A stretch of 64,000 bases of DNA from an uncultured Acidobacteriota bacterium (GCA_963822445.1 CAWGHO010000003.1:1568001-1632000), one strand, 5' to 3'; positions 50,970-60,948 are shown, numbered from the stretch's first letter. A program made the numbers and translations. The notes: generated from the letters alone by a model not told the origin.

Positions 50970-51146
50970 ATGTCCTTCGATCTAGCAACGATCTCCTTCC
51001 CCGACGGCCGCGTGGCCAAGCTCCCGCCGAGCGATTTCTACGCATTGCCGCTGGGTGAGCGGATCGAGCTGCTGACGAGCAGTCGCATCAAGTTCGAGAG
51101 GGACAACCAGGTCATCTCGCCACTCGACGCCCTCAAGAAAAAATGA
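50970..51146 (+). CDS. Small hypothetical protein (58 aa), absent from ORF track
   Basis: MSFDLATISFPDGRVAKLPPSDFYALPLGERIELLTSSRIKFERDNQVISPLDALKKK; RBS gagg; stop overlaps next ATG (ATGA). Confidence 0.75.
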   Translation: MSFDLATISFPDGRVAKLPPSDFYALPLGERIELLTSSRIKFERDNQVISPLDALKKK

Positions 51147-51757
51147 ACCGCAGACGCCTTGTCACTTCGCTGGTCCTGGTGGTGGCCGCCTTCATCTGGG
51201 CCGGAACGGTGGCCGCGGCCTATCGCGCCATCCGCTTGTTCGAGACTACTCCCGGCGAGGCCGCGAACGCGCCGCGAGCGTGGCCGGCGAGCTCGCTCAT
51301 CGCGCGAACGCCTGATGAATGGTCGCTGGTGATGCTCGTCCATCCGCATTGCTCGTGCAGCCGCGCCAGCGTGCAGGAGCTGCAAGCGGTCCTCGACAAG
51401 GCTCCGCAACACGTCCGCACCTACGTCCTGGTCTTTCGGCCGGCGACCGCCGCGGCTGGCTGGGAGCGGACGCAGGTCGTCGAGAACGCGATGAAGCTGC
51501 GTCGCGCGAGCGTGATCATTGACGAGAACGGCGCCGAGGCCGATCGCTTCGGCGGCTTCACCTCGGGACAAACGTTTCTGTACGACGACCACGGCAAGCT
51601 GCGATTTGCCGGCGGGATCACCTCGCTGCGCGGACACTCCGGAATCAACAGCGGCCGCACAGGCATCATCGACATCGTTCGCACGCGCATCGGAGACGGG
51701 TCGCATCCCGTGTTCGGCTGCGCGATCGCAAAACGCGAAGAGAGGGCACAACCATGA
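51143..51757 (+). CDS. RedB-like membrane-anchored thioredoxin-fold protein
   Basis: N-terminal TM, HPHCSCSRAS, FG..TSG, GGIT..RGH.G, C-terminal PVFGC. Confidence 0.7.
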   Translation: MNRRRLVTSLVLVVAAFIWAGTVAAAYRAIRLFETTPGEAANAPRAWPASSLIARTPDEWSLVMLVHPHCSCSRASVQELQAVLDKAPQHVRTYVLVFRPATAAAGWERTQVVENAMKLRRASVIIDENGAEADRFGGFTSGQTFLYDDHGKLRFAGGITSLRGHSGINSGRTGIIDIVRTRIGDGSHPVFGCAIAKREERAQP

Positions 51758-52461
51758 GCAACCTTAGTGTCGCCGTCGCCGATCCAAGAATCGCCGCGCG
51801 CGCCGTCGAGCTTCGCGACGCGCAGATGTTCACCCGGCGCGCCCGGGTGGACCGCCTGTTCGCGATCCTCCTGGTCGTGCAATACGTAGCGGGGATCCTC
51901 GGCGCGTGGGCCGTCTCGCCGTACGCGTGGGAAGGGAAGGATCGCGTGATCCACCTCCACGTGTGGGTCGCGGTGATCGCCGGCGCGGGCATCACGCTGC
52001 TTCCGCTGCTCATGGCCTGGTTCCGCCCGGGGCAGCCGCTCACGAGGCACATCATCGCCGCGTCGCAGATGCTCTCGTCCGCGCTGCTGATCCACCTCAC
52101 CGGCGGCCGCATCGAGACGCATTTCCACGTCTTCGGCTCGCTGGCCTTCCTCGCGTTCTATCTCGACTGGAAGGTGATCATCACCGCCACGGTCGTCGTC
52201 GCCGCCGACCATTTCGCGCGCGGCATCTTCTGGCCCGAGTCGGTCTACGGCATCGCGAATCCGGAGTGGTGGCGCTTCCTCGAGCACGCCGGCTGGGTCG
52301 TCTTCGAGGACATCTTCCTGATCTGGGCCTGCCTGTTCAGTGTTCGAGAGCTCGACGCGTCGGCCGTTGCCCAGGCGTCGGTCGAGCATCTGTCCGAACA
52401 GGAGCAGCTGAAGACTGCGGCGTTGGAGATGGCGCTCGCGGAAATGCAGGCTACAGCGTAG
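51754..52461 (+). CDS. His-rich multi-TM sensor protein (RedC-like input domain) without kinase domain
   Basis: About 6 TM, HLTGGRIETHFHVFGSLAFL, DHFARG, EHAGWVVFED, short terminal coiled coil. Confidence 0.7.
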   Translation: MSNLSVAVADPRIAARAVELRDAQMFTRRARVDRLFAILLVVQYVAGILGAWAVSPYAWEGKDRVIHLHVWVAVIAGAGITLLPLLMAWFRPGQPLTRHIIAASQMLSSALLIHLTGGRIETHFHVFGSLAFLAFYLDWKVIITATVVVAADHFARGIFWPESVYGIANPEWWRFLEHAGWVVFEDIFLIWACLFSVRELDASAVAQASVEHLSEQEQLKTAALEMALAEMQATA

Positions 52462-52643
52462 CCGCGTTACTCGTCTGCCTTCGCGGGCGTGCCCGGGGAC
52501 ATTCCCGCGGCCGCGAGCATCGTCGCTGCGCGACGCGCAAGAGCCTCTTTCCGTCCCTGTTCGACTTCGCGAAGCATCGCAGAAGCCTCGCGACGGTTCA
52601 TGTCCGATTGCGGCGCACCCCACACTGTCTTGCTACTCTATCC

Positions 52644-52779
52644 GTGGTGACTGCTGCCGAGGAGGGCGAATGGGGAGACACGTCAAACTCGTCTGGACAG
52701 GCTGGGCTGGTCCCGCGGAGTATGCTCTCGCGACGGCACACCCGTTGCCGTCGTAGAAGCCAAGAAGTTCACGGCCTAA
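52644..52779 (+). pseudogene. Degenerate fragment of type I restriction enzyme R subunit N-terminus
   Basis: Across frameshifts reads EE.EW/ETRQTRLD/GW/GPAEYAL/DGTPVAVVEAKK, matching the HsdR pattern E..TR..ID..L..GW...G.ADY.L..G...A.VEAK. Confidence 0.55.
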
Positions 52780-52798
52780 GATGAGAAGAAGAGCCCGA

Positions 52799-52945
52799 AT
52801 GAGCGACACGCGACGATTCACGGCGGTGACCTACAGCGAAAACGGTGGCTACGTCGCCCTGTGCGCACCGCTTGACGTCGCCAGTCAGAAAACGCGGTTC
52901 CACGCGAAGCCGGGCAACGAGAGGCCTCGACATGACGCCATTTGA
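52799..52945 (+). pseudogene. Degenerate HicB antitoxin fragment
   Basis: MSDTRRFTAVTYSENGGYVALCAPLDVASQ matches the HicB N-terminal pattern (..TA....E..GYVA.CP.LD.ASQG), then loses similarity. Confidence 0.6.
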
Positions 52946-53165
52946 CCGGATCACCGTAGAACCTGGAAAGATGAGTGGCCAACCGTGCATTCGGGGCATG
53001 AGGATCACGGTGAAGCGTGTCCTGCTTGCACTGGCGGAGTATCCGAACCGCGATGATTTTCGCCGGGCATACCCGGACGTCGACGACGAAGACATCCGGC
53101 AGGCGCTTGCCTACGCCGCCGCGAATCTTGAAGATCACATCGAAGAGCTCGTTCCGCTTCGATGA
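52932..53165 (+). CDS. DUF433 family antitoxin
   Basis: RIT..PG.M.GQPCIRGMRITV..VL, YP.V...DIR.AL.YAA. Confidence 0.92.
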   Translation: MTPFDRITVEPGKMSGQPCIRGMRITVKRVLLALAEYPNRDDFRRAYPDVDDEDIRQALAYAAANLEDHIEELVPLR

Positions 53166-53548
53166 GGCTCCTCCTTGATCACAACATGGCTGCATCGATC
53201 GTGGGTCCCTTGCGCAATCAAGGGATCGACGCAATTCACACTGGGTCCGTCGATCTGGCAACCGCTCCCGATGAACAGATTCTTGAATGGTGTCGTCGTG
53301 AGGGGCGAGTCGCGTTCACGCGAGACGCCGATTTCCATGCGATTCTCGCCCGCACCGGGCAGTCCGCGCCGTCGGTGGTGAGAATCCGGATTGAGCCACT
53401 GCCTGAGGACGAGCTCATTCGCATCATCGATTGGATTGTCCGTGAGAGGAAGAGTGATCTCGAGGCGGGCGTTGCGATCTCGGTCAAGGCCGGCTCGATT
53501 CGCACACATCATTTGCCGATCATTGCACCCGTAGATCTCGATGTCTGA
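53162..53548 (+). CDS. DUF5615 PIN-like toxin
   Basis: LLLDHN, L...G.DA.H, D..I...C..E.R...T.D.DF; ATGA coupled. Confidence 0.9.
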   Translation: MRLLLDHNMAASIVGPLRNQGIDAIHTGSVDLATAPDEQILEWCRREGRVAFTRDADFHAILARTGQSAPSVVRIRIEPLPEDELIRIIDWIVRERKSDLEAGVAISVKAGSIRTHHLPIIAPVDLDV

Positions 53549-53600
53549 CATCGTTCGCCGGCCGCGCGTTGTCCCAAGTAACGCGCGCCAGCCAAGGAGA

Positions 53601-53621
53601 CAGGCCGGAGGCCTGCACTAC
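53601..53621 (-). repeat. Single GTAG-type REP-like hairpin
   Basis: Minus strand GTAG-TGCAGGCCTCCGGCCTG; the GTAG contains the aminotransferase stop. Confidence 0.5.
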
Positions 53622-54886
53622 ACGCGCGCCAGCGCCTCCCGCACCCGCCGCAATCCATCCTCGCAGTCGCGTACGCTCACCGCGCCGGCGCTGAGGCGGA
53701 ACCAGCCGTCTTCGCGTTTGAGGCCGAAGGCCTGGAAGGGGACGACGGCGAAGCCGGCCTCGTCGAGGAGAAATTTGCGGATCGCTTCGTTCGTGCCGAA
53801 GCGGTCGAGCAGGTTGAATTGCGCGGAGAGGTAGATCGCGCCTTGCGGTGCGATGGCGGTGACGGGGAGGCCGTCGCGGCGCATGGACATGATTCCTTCG
53901 TAGAGCGCGCCGAGGCGGAGGCGGAGCTCGCGGACCATCCGCTCGTGAAAGTCCGCGATCTCGTCGGGGCGGCGGAGGAACTCCGCGATGGCCAGCTGCT
54001 CGGCTTTCGGGGACCAGGCGCCCATGTGGCCGATGATGTCGCGCATCCGCGCGGTGACCGCGGGCGGCGCGACGGTCCAGCCGACGCGGAGACCCGTCGC
54101 GGCCAGGGCCTTGGAGATGCCGTCGACGAAGATCGTGTAGGCCGCTGATTCCGGCACAACCTGCGGCGGCGCCCAGTGACGGTTCTCGCCGAAGGTCAGC
54201 ATCCAGTAGACCTGATCCCACAACAGAAACAGCGCGCGTTCGCCGCTGGCGGCGCGGCGCTCGTTTTCCTCGACGACCAGCGTCGCGATTGTCTCGACCT
54301 CGCTCTGGCCATCACCGTGCCGGTCGGATTGAGCGGCGTGCAGACCGCGATCAGCGCGCGTCGCGAACGTGCGGGCGGATCATCTCCGCGGTCGGCATGA
54401 AGTTCGTCTCCGCGCCGACCACCAGCTCGACCGGCACGCCGCCGCTCAGGTAGGTGTAATGGTTGTTGTTCCAGGACGGCGTCGGGTAGATGACCTTGTC
54501 GCCGCGATCGACCGTTGCGGCGTAGGCGGCGATAGATGATCGGTCGCGATCCGCCGGCGATGAGCGTCGACTCGAGGGGATACTCGAGCTGGAGCTCGCG
54601 CGCGGAAAAGCTCGAGCACTGACTCTGCGCAGCTCCAGCGTTCCGTCCGACGGCGGGTAGTTGGTCTGCGCCGCGGCGAGGTTTTCGGCGATCAGCGCTT
54701 CGAGACCCGCAGGGATGCGGAACTCGGCAGGCGAGAAGTCGCCGACGGTGAGATCGGCACCGAGCGGCCTTCCCGTTTCAGCGCGCGGACTTCGCCGGCG
54801 ATCTTGAGAACTTCGGATCCCGTCATCCCCTGGGCGAGGGTGGAAAGGGACTGGTCGTTGAGCTGTCGGAGGACGGCGTCGATCAT
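53618..54886 (-). CDS. PLP-dependent aminotransferase class I/II (frameshifted in this assembly)
   Basis: Pieces in several frames: MIDAVLRQ..., DLTVGDF, NYPPSDG, PTPSWNN, PLNPTG, WDQVY, DGISKALAATGLRVGW. Confidence 0.8.
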
Positions 54887-55631
54887 CGGCGGCGATTGTA
54901 AGCGCGATGGATCTTCCAGAGGTCCTTGAGCGCGCGGAGAAAATCGGTCGAGCTTGACCTTCGATCCCTTGACGTCGTGCCAGACCATGATCGGCAGCTC
55001 GTAGATCGCGCTTGCGGCGACGTCGCCGCGTTCGCTGCTGCGCGAAGCGGGCGATGATCTCGACGTCGAAGATCCAGCGGGACAGGAACGGCGTGGACGA
55101 AGACGTCTGCGCATCGAGTCGCTCGACGCGGAAGAGCTTGGCCCCGCACTGCGTGTCGTAAACGGCCAGGCCGAGGGATGAGGAGATGAGCGTGGCGCCG
55201 ACGCGGCCGACGTAGTGGCGTCGCGGATTGCGGCTGATGGAGCGTCCGAGGAGGCGGACGCGCGCGGCGAAGACCATCTCGATCTCCGGCCGCGCGCTCG
55301 AACACTTCATGAACTCGCTGATCTCGATCGAGCGGCGTGGCCAGGTCGGCGTCCCAGAATCCGACGAGGTCCGGTGTCTTCGCTCCACGCCGCCAGCATC
55401 CCGTGCCGCACGGCCTCGGCCTTCCCGCGATTCCGCTCCAGGTTCAGCACGGAGAACCGCGCTGGGATCCGCGGCCGCGATCGACTCCAGCAGGCGAAGT
55501 GTGCCGTCGCGGCTGCCGTCATTGACGAAGCAGAACTCGACGCGTGCCCCTTCCAGCCGGAAGCGCTCGAACTCCTCGACGGGGAGGCGATGCTCTTCGT
55601 TGAAGCAGGGGACGACGACGATGAGATGCAC
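54883..55631 (-). CDS. Glycosyltransferase family 2 (DPG-synthase-like; frameshifted in this assembly)
   Basis: VVPCFNEE.RL, VNDGSRDGT, NRGKAEAVR.G, DTQCGAKLF, W.FDVE, W.DV.GSK in different frames. Confidence 0.8.
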
Positions 55632-55691
55632 GGCGGCGGATTGTAGAATGACGGGCCTGCTGACCCGTCAACATCTTGACCAGTCAGCGCA

Positions 55692-56309
55692 ATGACCATG
55701 ACCATCAGACACATCGAGACCACGGTTCACGGCCGCGTGGCCTTCGTGGAGCGCGATCCGGAACACCTCGTCGTCGGCTTCCACGGCTACGGTGAGCTCG
55801 CCGAGGCGCACCTCGCGCAGCTCGAGCAGATCCCCGGCGATTGGTCGCTGGCCGCGGTGCAGGCGCTTCATCCGTTCTATTCGAAAGGGGGCACGGTCAT
55901 CGGCGCGAACTGGATGACCAGCCTCGATCGGGAGCTGGCCATCGAGGACAACCTCGAGTACGTGCGGCGCGTGGTCGCCGAGATGCCATCCGCGCGCACG
56001 CTGGTCTTCCTCGGATTTTCCCAGGGCGCGGCCATGGCCGCCCGCGCGGCCGCGCACATCCCCGCGGCAGCGCTGATCGTCCTCGGCGGCGACATCCCTC
56101 CCGACGTCCGCGGCAGAAACATACCTCCGCTGTTTCTCGCGAGAGGCATTCGCGACGAGTGGTACACCGAAGAAAAGTTCAACGAAGACTTGAAGTTCTT
56201 CGAGCCGGCGAAAACGCTCGTCTTCGACGGCGGGCATGAATGGACCGATGAGTTTCGCGCGGCCGCGGGGGAGTTCCTGACCTCTCTGCGACGTTCTTCC
56301 TCTCCCTGA
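55692..56309 (+). CDS. Phospholipase/carboxylesterase (alpha/beta hydrolase)
   Basis: FHGYG, GFSQG nucleophile, G.RD, FDGGH. Confidence 0.88.
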   Translation: MTMTIRHIETTVHGRVAFVERDPEHLVVGFHGYGELAEAHLAQLEQIPGDWSLAAVQALHPFYSKGGTVIGANWMTSLDRELAIEDNLEYVRRVVAEMPSARTLVFLGFSQGAAMAARAAAHIPAAALIVLGGDIPPDVRGRNIPPLFLARGIRDEWYTEEKFNEDLKFFEPAKTLVFDGGHEWTDEFRAAAGEFLTSLRRSSSP

Positions 56310-58150
56310 TGTCCCGTCTGGAACGCCTCAAGGCGCGCCTCAAAGAAATCCCCGACCGTCCCGGCGTTTACCTTCACAAGAATGCCGAGGGAGAAGTCAT
56401 CTACGTCGGGAAAGCGCGCAATCTCCGCAACCGCGTGAACTCCTACGTGGTCGGCAAGGGTGCGCGAAGCCATCCGCTGACGAACGCGCTGATTCCGGAG
56501 ATCGAAGGCATCGACTTCGTCACCACGAACAACGAGCTCGAGGCGATCCTCCTCGAGAACAACCTGATCAAGGCCCACCAGCCGCGCTACAACATCCTTC
56601 TCCGCGACGACAAGTCGTATCCGTACCTCAAGGTCACTCTGTCCGAGGATTACCCGCGGGTGGTGTTCACCCGGCGGATGGATCGGAAGAAGGGGGATCT
56701 CTTCTTCGGGCCGTTCTTCGCCGGCACCGCGCGGCGGATCCTCAAGCTGGTCGCCGATCAGTTCCAGCTCCGGAGCTGCGATCTCGACATCAGGGAAGGG
56801 AAGAACGCCCTTCTGCGTCCCTGCCTCTACTACGACATGCACCAGTGCCTCGGTCCGTGCGTCGTCGGCCTCACCACGACCGAGGCCTACCGGGAGATGG
56901 TCGACGACGTCGTGCTGTTCCTCGGCGGCAAGAGCAGGGAACTGCAGGACCGGTTGAGGAATCGGATGTACGGCGCGGCCGAGGGGGAGAACTTCGAGCT
57001 TGCGCGGTACTACCGCGATCTGATCCGCACCGTCGAGCGCATCCAGGCCGAGCAGCAGGTGGCCGGGCCGCAGGACGAGGACATGGACGTCTGGGGCCTC
57101 TACGAAGAAGGAGGCGACGTCGCGGTGCAGCTCTTCGTCATCCGCGACGGCAACGTCGTCGATCGCCGCGAGCTGTTCTGGGAGAAGGTCGAGGAGTACC
57201 AGGCCGGCTACTTCCTCAGCGAGATCCTCCAGCGCTACTACCAGGACAACCTGTTCATTCCACAGGAGATCCTGATCCCACTGGATGTGGAGGACAAGGA
57301 GCTGATCGACGCATGGCTGACCTCTACAGCTGGTAGAAAAGTCAGCGTTCGCGTTCCCCAGCGGGGGAAAGGCGTGGATCGCGTGGAACTGGCCAACCGC
57401 AACGCGCGGCTCTCGCATGAGTCCCGTTTCCGGAAGTCGACGCAGGATCGCATTCAGATCGCGACCTCCCGCCTCGGCGCGATCGTCGGGTACGAGGGCC
57501 GCGACGTCGCCAAGATCGAGTCCTTCGACATCTCGAACATCCAGGGGAGCGATTCGGTGGCGGGGATGGTCGTGCTGGACCGGGGGAAGTTCGACAAGAA
57601 GCAGTACCGGGTCTTCAACATCAAGACCGTGGTCGGTGCCGATGATTTTCGATCGATGGCCGAGGCGGTGGACCGGCGGTACCGGCGCCTGCTGGCGGAC
57701 GCGAAGCCGTTGCCGGACATGATCCTCATCGACGGCGGCCGCGGGCAGCTCAATGCGGCGCTCGCGGCTCTGAAGAAACTGGGCATCGAGGAGATCCCCA
57801 TCGCCGGGCTGGCGAAGCGGGAGGAGGAGATCTACATCCCCGAGCGCGAGGAGCCGATCCGTCTGGAGCGCCACGATCCGGCGCTGCAGGTCCTGCAAAT
57901 GGTGCGCGACGAAACGCACCGCTTCGCCGTTTCCTCGCACCGCCGCCGGCGGTCGAATCGCACGCTGCACAGCGAGCTCGATGACCTCCCGAACATCGGC
58001 GCGAAACGCAAACGCCTGCTGATCGAGCGCTTCGGCAGCGTCAGCGCGATCAAACAGGCCAGTGCACAGGATCTGGTCAATGTGCTGGGGCGGAAGGTGG
58101 GGCAGGGGTTGTGGGAGGAGTTGCACCAGACAGTGGGCGGTAGGCAGTAG
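56309..58150 (+). CDS. uvrC: Excinuclease ABC subunit C
   Basis: PGVY, IYVGKA.NLR.RV.SY, DDKSYPY, FDISN, IDGGRGQ, RDETHRFA, HhH. Confidence 0.99.
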   Translation: MSRLERLKARLKEIPDRPGVYLHKNAEGEVIYVGKARNLRNRVNSYVVGKGARSHPLTNALIPEIEGIDFVTTNNELEAILLENNLIKAHQPRYNILLRDDKSYPYLKVTLSEDYPRVVFTRRMDRKKGDLFFGPFFAGTARRILKLVADQFQLRSCDLDIREGKNALLRPCLYYDMHQCLGPCVVGLTTTEAYREMVDDVVLFLGGKSRELQDRLRNRMYGAAEGENFELARYYRDLIRTVERIQAEQQVAGPQDEDMDVWGLYEEGGDVAVQLFVIRDGNVVDRRELFWEKVEEYQAGYFLSEILQRYYQDNLFIPQEILIPLDVEDKELIDAWLTSTAGRKVSVRVPQRGKGVDRVELANRNARLSHESRFRKSTQDRIQIATSRLGAIVGYEGRDVAKIESFDISNIQGSDSVAGMVVLDRGKFDKKQYRVFNIKTVVGADDFRSMAEAVDRRYRRLLADAKPLPDMILIDGGRGQLNAALAALKKLGIEEIPIAGLAKREEEIYIPEREEPIRLERHDPALQVLQMVRDETHRFAVSSHRRRRSNRTLHSELDDLPNIGAKRKRLLIERFGSVSAIKQASAQDLVNVLGRKVGQGLWEELHQTVGGRQ

Positions 58151-58160
58151 GCGGTAGGCG
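58132..58160. repeat. Heptamer tandem repeat (TRGGCRG) overlapping the uvrC stop
   Basis: agtgggcggtaggcagtaggcggtaggcg. Confidence 0.65.
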
Positions 58161-58215
58161 GGGGAACCAGTGCGATAATCGCCGCGGTCCACGACAACGC
58201 GCGAAAAGACGAGGG

Positions 58216-59991
58216 GTGGCGGTGCAAATGCTCGAAGGCGAAATCAACGAGATCCAACTGGTCGAACGGCTCGTGGAGCTGTGGCGCGAGCAGTTCACCG
58301 GGGCGATCCGGTTCGAGAGCGACGGCATCATCAAGATCGTTTACTTCAAGGGCGGGGACATCCTCTCGGCTTCGACGAACGATCGCGCGGACTCGATCGA
58401 CGAGATCCTGATGAAGGCCGGCAAGGTCACCCGCGAGCATGTGAAGCAGGCCCTAGCCAAGCGCAAGGAAAGTGAGACCCTCGGCGACGCCCTGCTCAAC
58501 CTCGGATTCATCACCCGCAAAGAGCTGACCTGGGCGCGGCGCGTTCAGGTGGTCGGCGTCATCCGCTCGATCGCCGCGTGGCAGACCGGCTCGTTCACCA
58601 TCGTCGCCGACTACCTTCCGAAGCGCGACGAGGGCACGCTGTTCCCGCTGCCGCAGGTGCTGGTCGAGCTGATCGTCACCGAGCAGGATCGCCAGCAGTT
58701 CGAGCGGGCGATGGAGGGCGGCAACGCGGTTTTCACCAAGTCGGCTGATTTCGACGACGTCTTCCGCCGCCTCGGCCTGAACGAGGATGCCGAAGCGATT
58801 GCCAGGGAGATCAACGGGACGGCTTCCGCGGCGGAGATTGCGACGGCTTCGGGACGGGACACCTTCAACGCGTACAAACTGCTGCAGGCGCTGGCGACGC
58901 TCGGCGTCATCCAGCGCGGCGCAAAACCTCAAGTAGATCCTCAGTTTTCGATGGATGACTTTGCGTCGGTTGGAGTTGCGGACGCGGCGGACATGTGGAG
59001 CGAGCCGCCGGTCCCCGGTCCTGCGCCGGCGCCGATGTTCGAGCTCGACGAAGCGGAGGCGATCCGCCAGCCGACGCTGGAAGTGCCCATCGAGCCGATG
59101 TCCTTCGAAGCAGTGACTCCCGAACCGGAGCCGGCGGCTTCCACATCGGCCTGGGACGACGACGCTGTCGAAGAGCCGGTCATCGCGGCGCCGCCTCCAC
59201 CCGCGGCCATGCCTTCCTGGGATGTCGACGCGCCCACCAAGCCGGAAGCGGAAGAGCAGTGGGGATTCGACGAGGCTCAGATCGAGACCGCCGCCCGAGC
59301 GAAAGTGCCCGTGACCGCGAGCGCGCCGGTGATCACACCCGCGCCGAAGGTCACCAAACCGGCCCGGGTGAAGGAAGGCAAGGGCGGACGCTTCGGATTC
59401 ATCCTGGCCCTGCTGGTCCTCGCGATTCTGGCCGGAGCCGGCTACTTCGGGTGGATGTGGTGGCAGAACCGGGAGGCGGAACCGGCCGTGACGGTTGTGA
59501 CCACTCCGCAGCCGAAATCTGCGCCTACGACGCCTCCAGAGACGGGAACGATGGTCGCGGTAACGGAAACGACCGCAACCGAAACGACCGCGACGGTTGC
59601 TCCGGCGACGACGACCACAGCCGTTGCTGAAGCGCCGCCCGCCCGGGCTCCGCTTCAGATCACGCCGGCCGAACCCGCTCCGACTCCCGCTGCACCGGCG
59701 AACGCCTCGCGCGAGCGCTACGACGCCCTGGCCCGCGAGTACGCGGCGAACGCGACCGGCAACTTCACGGTCCAGGTGCAGATCCTCTGCGACCCTTCGA
59801 ACCTCGGCAAAGCGATCACCGCAGGCGGGCAGAACATCTGGTTCGTGCCTCAGCCGATCGGTACGCGCTCCTGCTACCGCGTGTTCTGGGGTCGCTACGC
59901 TACTCGCGAGGAAGCGCAGCGCGCTCTCGCGAACGTGCCGTCCTCGCTGCGCGATCCGAGCGCGGCTGTGAAACCCGTCCCGAAAGGCTGA
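58216..59991 (+). CDS. DUF4388-like N-terminal domain, acidic linker, TM and SPOR-like C-terminal domain
   Basis: TG.I.F......K.VYF.GG.I..A, LGD.L...G.IT, W..GSF; C-terminal FTVQV...CYRVFWGRY.TREEA. Confidence 0.75.
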   Translation: MAVQMLEGEINEIQLVERLVELWREQFTGAIRFESDGIIKIVYFKGGDILSASTNDRADSIDEILMKAGKVTREHVKQALAKRKESETLGDALLNLGFITRKELTWARRVQVVGVIRSIAAWQTGSFTIVADYLPKRDEGTLFPLPQVLVELIVTEQDRQQFERAMEGGNAVFTKSADFDDVFRRLGLNEDAEAIAREINGTASAAEIATASGRDTFNAYKLLQALATLGVIQRGAKPQVDPQFSMDDFASVGVADAADMWSEPPVPGPAPAPMFELDEAEAIRQPTLEVPIEPMSFEAVTPEPEPAASTSAWDDDAVEEPVIAAPPPPAAMPSWDVDAPTKPEAEEQWGFDEAQIETAARAKVPVTASAPVITPAPKVTKPARVKEGKGGRFGFILALLVLAILAGAGYFGWMWWQNREAEPAVTVVTTPQPKSAPTTPPETGTMVAVTETTATETTATVAPATTTTAVAEAPPARAPLQITPAEPAPTPAAPANASRERYDALAREYAANATGNFTVQVQILCDPSNLGKAITAGGQNIWFVPQPIGTRSCYRVFWGRYATREEAQRALANVPSSLRDPSAAVKPVPKG

Positions 59992-59995
59992 GCTC

Positions 59996-60424
59996 GTGCC
60001 TTGGCTCGTCGACGGCAGCAACGTCCTCGGAGCGATGCACGCGGACCGTCACAGCGACGAGGCCAAGCGCGGCCTGATGCGGCTACTGGCCGGATTCGCG
60101 CGGGCGAAGAAAACGAGGGTGACTTGCATCTTCGACGGTCCGGAGCCGGACAACTTCGGGCGGCACCTCGGCGCGGTCATTGCCGTGTTCAGCGGCCCCC
60201 GTTCGGCCGACGACCTGATCGCCGAGCGCGCCGCGCAGGGGCGCGGATGGAGCGTGGTCACGTCTGATCGCGGACTCGCTGCGCGGGTGCAGCGGCGGCA
60301 GGTAACCATCGTTGCGCCGGGAGCGTTCATCCGGGAGATGGAGCAATCGGCGACAGGGGAGGAACTGGCCGGGGATGACTGGTCGACCTGGTTCTCGGAC
60401 CCGAAAAACCGGATCGATTTTTGA
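59996..60424 (+). CDS. NYN domain (YacP-like) ribonuclease
   Basis: LVDGSNV, IFDG, SADD.I, VVTSDR.L. Confidence 0.85.
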   Translation: MPWLVDGSNVLGAMHADRHSDEAKRGLMRLLAGFARAKKTRVTCIFDGPEPDNFGRHLGAVIAVFSGPRSADDLIAERAAQGRGWSVVTSDRGLAARVQRRQVTIVAPGAFIREMEQSATGEELAGDDWSTWFSDPKNRIDF

Positions 60425-60525
60425 TGTCGGCAGGCCGACATTCTTACTAAGTTGCTAAATCATCAATCATTTAGCTGAGTCAATTTCCGGGAAGTTTCCC
60501 CCGCCGACGTTGTTATCGTCCGAGC

Positions 60526-60900
<375 letters not shown>

Positions 60901-60948
60901 GCTTTTTTCAATCGTCGAGCAACGAGGCCCGAGTACCATTCGCGGCTC

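Noticed and set aside
52462-52640. Possible ncRNA or riboswitch downstream of the RedC-like gene
   Set aside because: No recognisable conserved motif; only weak GC hairpins.
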